Sequence record: SRR2962707_575
DNA length: 64,000 nucleotides
Strand: one strand, 5' to 3'
Shown here: in pieces, positions 21,784-29,810 of the stretch
Layout of the letters: each line of letters starts with the position of its first letter
How positions within the stretch are numbered: position 1 is the first letter of the stretch
The notes under the pieces: model-generated
What the model was told of the DNA's origin: nothing
Databases searched by the model: none
Seen by the model: the letters and a program-made list of their open reading frames with translations, nothing else
Program-made: the position numbers and the translations under genes

Positions 21784-22983
21784 ATGTCATTTAAAACCCT
21801 CGACGACCTAAACGATATCGCTGGAAAACGTGTTTTGGTGCGCGTGGATTTAAATGTGCCGATGGCTGACGGTGTTGTCACCGATGCGACGCGCCTAGAG
21901 CGCATTACGCCGACGATTGAAGAGCTCTCAACCAAAGGCGCGAAAGTTATTTTGCTTGCGCATTTTGGCCGCCCAAAGGGTAAAGTCGTTGCCGAGATGA
22001 GCCTTGCGCCGATTGCACAAGCGCTGGAAGAAGTGCTCGATCACCGCGTTGATTTTTCAAGCGATTGCATCGGCGAAGAAGCGCTCAAAGAAGTGGGCGA
22101 GATGACCGATGGCGATGTCTTGCTGCTAGAGAACACACGCTTTTACGCAGGCGAAGAAAAGAACGATCCAGATTTCGTCAAAGACCTCGCCGTCAATGGC
22201 GACATCTATGTCAATGATGCGTTCAGCGCCGCGCACCGCGCACACGCGTCAACCGAAGGCCTTGCCCATGTGCTGCCCGCCTATGCGGGTCGCACCATGC
22301 AGGCAGAGCTTGAAGCACTTAACAAAGCGCTCAGCGACCCTAAACGGCCGCTCGGCGCGGTTGTTGGCGGCGCGAAAGTTTCTACAAAAATCGACCTGCT
22401 CGAAAACCTCGTTGGCAAATTGGATGTGCTGATTATTGGCGGCGGCATGGCCAACACATTCATCGCAGCCAATGGCGCGGAAATGGGCGCATCGCTGCAA
22501 GAAGCTGATATGCATGACAAAGCCATCGCGATCATGAAGGCGGCAGAAAAAAGCGGCTGCCGCATCGTGCTGCCCATTGATGGCCGCGTGACCACAGAAT
22601 TCAAAGCGGGTGCCGATGTCGAAATCATCGCGCTTAATGCCGACACAAAACTGACCGAAAAACAAATGTCGCTTGATGCAGGCGATGCCTCTATCGCCAA
22701 TGTGATTGCTGAATTTGAAAAGCTGAACACGCTCATTTGGAACGGCCCGTTCGGCGTGTTTGAAATGCCGCCTTTCGACAAGGCGACCATGGAAACCGCA
22801 AGAGTGGCCGCAGACCTTACCGAAGCTGGTCGCATGGTGTCTGTCGCTGGCGGCGGCGACACAGTTTCTGCGCTGAATATGGCCGGAGCAGCTGATCGCT
22901 TTACCTATATTTCAACCGCGGGCGGCGCTTTCCTTGAATGGATGGAAGGCAAAGAATTGCCGGGCGTTAAAGCACTCGGCTAA
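21784..22983 (+). CDS. pgk: Phosphoglycerate kinase
   Basis: [34 protein letters not shown]. Confidence 0.98.
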   Translation: MSFKTLDDLNDIAGKRVLVRVDLNVPMADGVVTDATRLERITPTIEELSTKGAKVILLAHFGRPKGKVVAEMSLAPIAQALEEVLDHRVDFSSDCIGEEALKEVGEMTDGDVLLLENTRFYAGEEKNDPDFVKDLAVNGDIYVNDAFSAAHRAHASTEGLAHVLPAYAGRTMQAELEALNKALSDPKRPLGAVVGGAKVSTKIDLLENLVGKLDVLIIGGGMANTFIAANGAEMGASLQEADMHDKAIAIMKAAEKSGCRIVLPIDGRVTTEFKAGADVEIIALNADTKLTEKQMSLDAGDASIANVIAEFEKLNTLIWNGPFGVFEMPPFDKATMETARVAADLTEAGRMVSVAGGGDTVSALNMAGAADRFTYISTAGGAFLEWMEGKELPGVKALG

Positions 22984-23030
22984 AAGCTAAAATACAAAGC
23001 GGCGTTGGTTTGCGCCAACCTGCTTTATTC

Positions 23031-23807
23031 CTATGTTTTTGAAACGCTAACGGTCTGGCTAATCGGGTCTGCCCATTGTTCAGTCTCCATAAAGGCGACA
23101 TCACCGGCATCGCGCCCTGCCCCGATAAGCACGGTTGCATCGGCAGTGCTCATGCCCGTTGCGTCCACCAAATGCCAAGCATCATCCAGCCAAACCTGCG
23201 CCACGGCGTGAAAATCCTGCGGACTAACCTCTGTGCCATAGACCGAGGCATAGCGCGCTGGGATATTGGCCGCCCGCGCCAAGGCGCAGACCAAATGCGT
23301 GTAGTCACGGCATACGCCCTCACGCGCTTTAAACGTGTCGACGGCTGTCGTCGTGGCGTTTGAACTGCCGGATGTATAGGCAATCGCCTCTGACACCCAA
23401 TCCTTGATCGCGGCGATTTTCGCGCCGCCTTTAAGATGGCCAAACTGCTTACCCACAAAGTCGGTAAATAAGTCAGACTGGCAATATCGCGAGGGGCGCA
23501 AATAGGTCAAAATCTCGCCAGGGATCATGTGCAAAGGCATCGCCGCGAGGCCTGCCAGTTCCACCTTTGAACGGGCAATGTCCACTTGCGCATGGTAGGT
23601 AAGCGTCAGCCGATGATCGGTGACAAAAGCCCAAACCCTGCCGCCAAACATGCCGTCCGCATTGATCCGGTGAAAAGTTGCATTCTCAATTTCAAGCGCA
23701 TTTTCGATGACCGTCTGCCCATCAATATCTGCGGCCTCTAAGGTCAGCAAAACCGGCGCATCACCGCGCAGTTGATAGTCCATCGTCACGTCAATATGGA
23801 TGCGCAT
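23031..23807 (-). CDS. Transglutaminase-like protein
   Basis: YLRPSRYCQSD; triad GVCRDY, DFHA, DAT. Confidence 0.9.
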   Translation of the reverse strand: MRIHIDVTMDYQLRGDAPVLLTLEAADIDGQTVIENALEIENATFHRINADGMFGGRVWAFVTDHRLTLTYHAQVDIARSKVELAGLAAMPLHMIPGEILTYLRPSRYCQSDLFTDFVGKQFGHLKGGAKIAAIKDWVSEAIAYTSGSSNATTTAVDTFKAREGVCRDYTHLVCALARAANIPARYASVYGTEVSPQDFHAVAQVWLDDAWHLVDATGMSTADATVLIGAGRDAGDVAFMETEQWADPISQTVSVSKT

Positions 23808-23961
23808 AAACACTTAAACCTGTTTGAGATGGAAGGAAGACCGCGCAGCGAAAACCGGCGTCAAAAACACCCTATCTGACAAAGATGACAGCCGAAAGGG
23901 GGGAGTGTGAATTGCGAGGGGAATAGAGGCGATTTAACCGAATGCCTACCTAAATTTAATG

Positions 23962-24576
23962 TCAGAAATCATCCCAGCCAAATGTTGGCTCGCCTTTATC
24001 AAAAATGTCTTTTCTGTACTGTTCTTTTAATTCGTCAACCAATTCAGAAGTTTGATCATCATTAGGCAGATTGACACCATACCTCTTACTCATCGCTTTA
24101 AATGGTCCATCTAGCGCGCGCTCGATTTCGATTGTAGAGTGTCTTAGCTTCGCTATTTTTATTAGCAACTTCCAACAGCTTACATCTTCGTAGAAATGAA
24201 GGCTTTCCTCTCTGAAAAAGTGGTGTGCAAAATAGTCGCGAGCGCGCTTTAATCGCGCAAGTCTAATTTCCAATTCTGAAAACTCAGCTTCTTTTAGTAC
24301 GCCCTTGACTAAATTTCCAAATGTCTTCTTAGAGGCGCTTTCATACCCAACATCGAATTGCTTTTCCCACTGGCCTTTAGATTTTATTCTTCCAGCTGAA
24401 TATTCGGCACCAATATAGGATATCGTAAGTATGTTTATCAGCGAATGTTCGACCAATGAAAACTTCATAAAAAGTAACCCAAAGTGGGCATAAATTTCCT
24501 TTTCAAGGATGATGTTATCATCATCTAGTTCAGAGAATTCTGCTATCAGCGAGGCCTTTTCGATTTCAAAGGTCAA
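23962..24576 (-). CDS. Hypothetical protein with HEPN-like Rx4H motif
   Basis: TTG start with AAGGAG 7 nt upstream; KTFGNLV...RDYFAHHFF; AT-rich. Confidence 0.7.
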   Translation of the reverse strand: MTFEIEKASLIAEFSELDDDNIILEKEIYAHFGLLFMKFSLVEHSLINILTISYIGAEYSAGRIKSKGQWEKQFDVGYESASKKTFGNLVKGVLKEAEFSELEIRLARLKRARDYFAHHFFREESLHFYEDVSCWKLLIKIAKLRHSTIEIERALDGPFKAMSKRYGVNLPNDDQTSELVDELKEQYRKDIFDKGEPTFGWDDF

Positions 24577-24632
24577 TTTAATGCTCCTTTAAAGGGTGAC
24601 TGTTGGAAATTCATTTTTCCAACCTCACTCAA

Positions 24633-25094
24633 TCACCAACAGCGAAAATCAAAACTATTCGCCCTAGGTGAAACCTGTAAATTGATCAGATACAATGGTG
24701 AATAATCAACATTTGGACGGACGTAGAGTACTGTATCAAGATACATAATCTTTGCTCCCCAACCATCAGAGGAATCATTCTGTCCTATGTGTAATTTTCC
24801 ATGGCCATATAAATATCGGGGAGTTTCCAATAATTTCAAATATGAATTTTGAAGATCTGAAACATGGCCATAAAACTCAACAACGGATATTGCCTCATAG
24901 TCGCACCCATCCGAGTTTCCCGAATTATAAACGCGACTTGAAGATGAAATAATTTTTGCGCCATCCGGCAACAACACGCTTTTTAAGTCGAGTTCTATTC
25001 TAAAAGCGATGAATTCGTTTCTTAATATTGAGAACCAAATCGGCGAAGTGATTAGGGTGAAGATCCCAAGACAAATTAAAATCCACTTGCGCAT
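24633..25094 (-). CDS. Hypothetical membrane-anchored exported protein
   Basis: MRKWILICLGIFTLITSPIWF anchor; two soluble-domain Cys (GCDY, DFRCW); AT-rich. Confidence 0.7.
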   Translation of the reverse strand: MRKWILICLGIFTLITSPIWFSILRNEFIAFRIELDLKSVLLPDGAKIISSSSRVYNSGNSDGCDYEAISVVEFYGHVSDLQNSYLKLLETPRYLYGHGKLHIGQNDSSDGWGAKIMYLDTVLYVRPNVDYSPLYLINLQVSPRANSFDFRCW

Positions 25095-25231
25095 CGTTAT
25101 TCCATTTCATCATTGCACAGCGAGATGCAAATAGCACAAAACTTCCGAAGGATAGTTTGAATTGGAAATTTTTTGCAACCTGCTGGAAATTACTCAACGC
25201 AGAAAGTGGCAATTTCCCCTACCCCACACCC

Positions 25232-25368
25232 TTAAATCGATTTAACTCAAAACAAGTTTTCAACAGATTTAACCTTGTTTGAAATTTTTTAAGTCCTTAA
25301 AACGATTGAATAAAATTTAATCGTTTGAATTTTTTAAAGCACTATTTCAAAATTTTAAATCGACTGTT
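25232..25368. promoter_or_regulatory. Cluster of LacI-type (PckR-like) operators upstream of fba
   Basis: Perfect palindrome TTAAATCGATTTAA (25232-25245) plus variants at 25259, 25297, 25316 and 25355. Confidence 0.7.
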
Positions 25369-25402
25369 ATGCGCTCTTCACATTCAAAATTGGGAGACCA
25401 AC

Positions 25403-26437
25403 ATGACAGAACGACTCGAAGACATAGCCGCCGCCATGGTCCAACCTGGACAAGGTATTCTAGCTGCCGATGAATCAACCGGCACAATTAAAAAGCGTTT
25501 TGACTCGATCAACACGCCTTCTACCGAAGACAACCGCCGCGACTACCGCGAGATGCTTTTCCGCTCCAATGAAGCGATGAACGAAGCGATTTCCGGTGTG
25601 ATCCTGTTTGAAGAAACACTGCACCAAAAAGCAAAAGACGGCACACCATTGGTCGATCTTATTCGCGCAGCGGGCGCTGTTCCAGGCATCAAGGTCGACA
25701 AAGGCGCAAAGCCAATGCCGATGCACGCCGGTGAAACAATCACCGAAGGTCTTGATGGGCTGGGCGAACGCCTTGCTGACTACTATGAAGCCGGTGCCCG
25801 CTTTGCCAAATGGCGCGGCGTGATCTCCATTTCCCGCGACCTACCTTCGCCAAGCGCCGTGCGCGCCAACGCAGCCGCCCTTGCCCGCTATGCAGCGCTT
25901 TGCCAAGAAGCTGGCATCGTGCCCATCGTTGAGCCTGAAATCTTGATGGATGGCACACCGGGCGATCACTCCATTGATCGCTGCGCTGAAGTGTCAGAAT
26001 TCGTACTTAAAACAGTGTTTGAAGAATTGGCCGATGCCCGCGTGAAACTTGAGGGCATGGTGCTAAAACCAAACATGGTGATCGACGGCAAAAATGCCCG
26101 CAAAGCATCCGTAGACGAAGTGGCAGAGAAAACAGTGCGTGTATTGCGCGCAACGGTGCCAAGCGCTGTGGCGGGCATTGCCTTCCTATCAGGCGGTCAA
26201 TCTGACGAAGAAGCAACAGCGCATCTCTCAGCCATGAACGCGATTGGCGATCTGGCTTGGCCGCTCACATTCTCTTACGGCCGTGCATTGCAGGCCTCTG
26301 CCCTTGCCGCATGGCAGGGCAAACCAGAAAACACAGCCGCTGCACAACGCGCCTTCACACACCGCGCAAAAATGAATGGCCTTGCTGCAAAAGGCCTTTG
26401 GGCGCGTGATCTTGAAAGCCAACAAATTGCTGCATAA
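25403..26437 (+). CDS. fbaB: Class I fructose-bisphosphate aldolase
   Basis: GILAADES, GIKVDKG, FAKWR, VPIVEPE, LKPNM, FSYGRALQ; start ATG 25403 after GGGAG. Confidence 0.96.
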   Translation: MTERLEDIAAAMVQPGQGILAADESTGTIKKRFDSINTPSTEDNRRDYREMLFRSNEAMNEAISGVILFEETLHQKAKDGTPLVDLIRAAGAVPGIKVDKGAKPMPMHAGETITEGLDGLGERLADYYEAGARFAKWRGVISISRDLPSPSAVRANAAALARYAALCQEAGIVPIVEPEILMDGTPGDHSIDRCAEVSEFVLKTVFEELADARVKLEGMVLKPNMVIDGKNARKASVDEVAEKTVRVLRATVPSAVAGIAFLSGGQSDEEATAHLSAMNAIGDLAWPLTFSYGRALQASALAAWQGKPENTAAAQRAFTHRAKMNGLAAKGLWARDLESQQIAA

Positions 26438-26471
26438 TCCGCGCTGCAAAGCGTCATAAAACAATCACACC

Positions 26472-26502
26472 AAGCCCGTAGTTTCGCACTACGGGCTTTT
26501 TT
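26472..26502 (+). terminator. Intrinsic terminator after fba
   Basis: AAGCCCGTAGT-TTCGC-ACTACGGGCTTTTTT. Confidence 0.88.
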
Positions 26503-26595
26503 GTAGGCTTTCGTATGAGGCGGTGAACACACAGTTTCATCCGTATATGTTTGCCGCGCTATTGTTTTTGAAAAGCCTGCGCTTTATCAAAACGA

Positions 26596-27381
26596 ATGCA
26601 CACAATGTCATCTGTCAAACTATCATTGCTCAGCTGGTTTATGTTCCCTGTTTACGCTTGGCAGGGCATAAGATTGCGCCAACGCATCGAGCGGCTTTTG
26701 CCCGCCGATATTCCCCAGCGCGGGATTTTAGGCAGCAAAGAACCGGCCTTTAAAATCCTTGCCATTGGCGACAGCACCATCGCCAGCGTGGGCATGGACC
26801 GCGTGGAAGACACATTCACTTATAATGTCGCCAATGCGCTGCACCAGCGCACCGGACGCGCGGTTAAATGGCGCGGCGCAGGCGGCAATTCGGCAACGGC
26901 GGCGGATTTGCGCGATCATATTTTACCGCATATCGAAGAGCGTGATTTCACCCATATCATCATTTCCGTTGGCACAAATGATATGAAGAATTTCCACGCC
27001 GTGCGCACGTTCAAAAAGCATTTCGGCACTTTGCTCTATGCAACGCGCACCCGTTATCCCGATGCAAAAATCATCTGGGCGCCGGTGCCGGACATGACCA
27101 AAATTCCATCACTGACAAAAGGTTTGGCGCGGGTGCTTAGCTGGCGCGCGGCGCTCATCAACGATATGGGCGCGCAGCTTTGCAGAGAGCGCGGCGCGAT
27201 CTATGCCGAGCCTTTGCCGATCAATGGCACAGACGGCTTTGCCCGCGATGGGTTCCACCCCGGGCCAGAAGGTTACCGCATTTGGGGTGAACATTTGACC
27301 GACCACATCGTTGCCGGAGCGCCGGCCAATGTCGTCCCTGTTCGCGCCAAGCAATCACCCAGCAGCGAACAGGTTGCTTAA
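26596..27381 (+). CDS. SGNH/GDSL hydrolase
   Basis: GDS, GTND and DGFHP blocks intact. Confidence 0.9.
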   Translation: MHTMSSVKLSLLSWFMFPVYAWQGIRLRQRIERLLPADIPQRGILGSKEPAFKILAIGDSTIASVGMDRVEDTFTYNVANALHQRTGRAVKWRGAGGNSATAADLRDHILPHIEERDFTHIIISVGTNDMKNFHAVRTFKKHFGTLLYATRTRYPDAKIIWAPVPDMTKIPSLTKGLARVLSWRAALINDMGAQLCRERGAIYAEPLPINGTDGFARDGFHPGPEGYRIWGEHLTDHIVAGAPANVVPVRAKQSPSSEQVA

Positions 27382-27387
27382 ACAGCG

Positions 27388-28779
27388 TTAAAGCGCCGCG
27401 ACCACGCGGCCAATCGCGCCATCGACCGCATGAATAACTTCGTCAATCTCGCTCTTCGTCGTAATCAGCGCCGGAGAGAAACAAAGCGTATTATTGTGGC
27501 CTGGAATTGAGCGATTGGTCACGCCGATAATCACCGCATTTTCCTTCATGCAGTCAGCCGTGATCGCTTGACCAATGGCTTCTGGAACCGGCTCTTTCGT
27601 ATCGCGGTCAACCACCAATTCAGCGCCAAGGAACAAGCCTTTGCCGCGCACATCACCAATGATTTTATGCTTTGATTTGAGCACTTCGAGCTGCTCAAGC
27701 ATATACTCACCCATGTCGACTGTGTTCTGCAGCAGATCTTCTTCTTCCAGAATATTCATATTCTCAAGCGCTGCCGCAGGGCCAGCCGTACAACCGCCAA
27801 AGGTCGAAATATCGCGGAAATAGCCCATCGGATCCGCCGCATTTGTTTTAAACTCGTTGAACAAGGCTTCGCTTGTCACCGTGCACGAGATCGCCGCATA
27901 GCCAGAGGCAACGCCTTTAGCCATCGTGACGATATCTGGCTGAATGCCATAATGCTGATAGCCGAACCATGTGCCCGTGCGGCCCATGCCGCATACCACT
28001 TCGTCGATGATCAAAATGATGTCGTATTTTTTGCAGATTTCCTGCACGCGTTCCCAATAGCCTTTTGGTGGCACGATAACGCCGCCGCCCGCGGTGATCG
28101 GCTCTAGGATCAATCCTCCAACGGTGTCTGCGCCCTCGCGCAAGATAACCTCTTCAATCGCATTGGCGGCCTTAATGCCATAATCTTCCACATCGCCCCA
28201 TTGTGAGCGATATTCCAAACAATGCGGCACAGAAACAAAACCGGGCGTGAACGGACCATATTGGTTCTTGCGTTCTTCTTGGCCAGCCGATGAAAGCGCA
28301 GTGATCGTCGTGCCGTGATAATCACGCTCGCGATACAAAATTTTGTGCTTCTTACCACCGTATTTTTGTGCAGCAATTTGGCGCACAATTTTATAGGCTT
28401 TCTCATTGGCTTCAGAGCCAGAGTTTGAATAATAAACGCGGCTCATGCCGGGCATCTTTGCGATCAATCGTTCAGCAAAATTCGCGCCGGGGATAGAGCC
28501 CATCGCGCCCGCGAAATAATTCATTTTCACCAGCTGGTCACGCACCGCATCGGCAATGCGCTCGCGGCCATAGCCAACATTAACCGTCCACACGCCGCCC
28601 GACACCGCGTCCAAATGTTCGCGCCCCGTTTGGCTCCAAACGCGCATCCCTTTGCCCTCAATAATGATGAGCGGGTCAACCGTTTCAAACTTCTTGTGTT
28701 GAACAAGATGATGCCAAATGTGGTTCTTGTCGTTTTCAACGACTGCTGAATAGTCGTTTAGCTTATTGTTGACGTTCAT
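27388..28779 (-). CDS. tpa: Class III aminotransferase, taurine-pyruvate aminotransferase-like
   Basis: WHHLVQHK, DAVSGGVWTVNVGYGR, SGSEANE, DEVVCG, TMAKG, FRDISTFGGC; start ATG 28779 after GGAGG. Confidence 0.82.
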   Translation of the reverse strand: MNVNNKLNDYSAVVENDKNHIWHHLVQHKKFETVDPLIIIEGKGMRVWSQTGREHLDAVSGGVWTVNVGYGRERIADAVRDQLVKMNYFAGAMGSIPGANFAERLIAKMPGMSRVYYSNSGSEANEKAYKIVRQIAAQKYGGKKHKILYRERDYHGTTITALSSAGQEERKNQYGPFTPGFVSVPHCLEYRSQWGDVEDYGIKAANAIEEVILREGADTVGGLILEPITAGGGVIVPPKGYWERVQEICKKYDIILIIDEVVCGMGRTGTWFGYQHYGIQPDIVTMAKGVASGYAAISCTVTSEALFNEFKTNAADPMGYFRDISTFGGCTAGPAAALENMNILEEEDLLQNTVDMGEYMLEQLEVLKSKHKIIGDVRGKGLFLGAELVVDRDTKEPVPEAIGQAITADCMKENAVIIGVTNRSIPGHNNTLCFSPALITTKSEIDEVIHAVDGAIGRVVAAL

Positions 28780-28931
28780 ATGTGCCTCCAAAATTGGCAA
28801 ACCGCCGTAAATTCAAATCACATATGGACCAGTTTCAGGCACCCAAAGTCAAGGGAAATCTAAGCGTCAAATCGCGCGCAGGCAAAAATCTGCGCCCGCA
28901 AAATTTTCCAGCACGGTTCGCATTTAAAACA

Positions 28932-29705
28932 CTATTTGGTTTGTAATTTTTGCGTCATTTTAAGCATCATACGGCGCGGCACAAATGGCACAATCCAATT
29001 GAGCATAAAGCTCATTGCTGGCTCATTAATCGTCAGCAATTTACCATCCATCATGGCATCATAGCCAATCTTCGCAACGCTCGCAGGCGTTTTGCCGTTC
29101 TTCACCAAATCAGTGCCGCCAAGGTCTGCCACTTTAGCAAATTCGGTTTCCACATAGCCCGGCGCAAGCACGGTGCACGTCACGCCCTTTTTGTGCAATT
29201 CTTGGTCAATCGCTTGGCTGAAAGAATTGACGAAAGCTTTGGTGGCAAAATATACCGCCTGCAGTGGGCCGGGCATAAAGCCAGCGGTTGAGCCAACCTG
29301 CAAAATCTTACCGCCGCCGTTAGCAACCATGTCGGTCGCAAACATATGGGTCAGTTTCACCAAGGTTTTCACGTTAAGATCAATCATCGCCATTTCAGCG
29401 CTGAGTTCGCGCTCGATATGGCGGCCATGGCCACCAAAACCCGCATTATTGATCAGAATATCAACTTTGAGATTATTAGCTTTGACAAATTCATACACCT
29501 TGTCGGCGCCATTTTCGGCGATCAAATCCTGAACCAAAACATGCACAGTAACGCAGTGCTTTTCTTCCAGCTCTTGTTTTAGAACGTTCAGCTCAGCCAA
29601 GCGCCGCGCTACGATGATGAGGTCGCCGCCCATTGCCGCGTGATAGCGGGCAAATTCCGCGCCAATGCCTGTCGATGCGCCGGTGATAAGTGCTAAATTC
29701 GCCAT
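28932..29705 (-). CDS. Short-chain dehydrogenase/reductase
   Basis: TGASTGIG, NNAG, YFATK. Confidence 0.93.
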   Translation of the reverse strand: MANLALITGASTGIGAEFARYHAAMGGDLIIVARRLAELNVLKQELEEKHCVTVHVLVQDLIAENGADKVYEFVKANNLKVDILINNAGFGGHGRHIERELSAEMAMIDLNVKTLVKLTHMFATDMVANGGGKILQVGSTAGFMPGPLQAVYFATKAFVNSFSQAIDQELHKKGVTCTVLAPGYVETEFAKVADLGGTDLVKNGKTPASVAKIGYDAMMDGKLLTINEPAMSFMLNWIVPFVPRRMMLKMTQKLQTK

Positions 29706-29810
29706 GAGTGTTCCTGTCGGTGTTCTGGTTATCAGTTACACTTACGTGGGGATTGGCAGGGTTAGGTTTCAAGGGCATAAAATCGCTTCAAAATCTTAGT
29801 AATATGCCGA

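Noticed and set aside
24602-24625. Integron attC interpretation of the palindrome between the orphan genes
   Set aside because: Too short, ends arranged GTT...AAC rather than AAC...GTT, and no integrase in the window
25232-25368. CRISPR-like reading of the repeated 14-mers
   Set aside because: Repeats are short, degenerate and irregularly spaced, with no cas genes; better explained as operators
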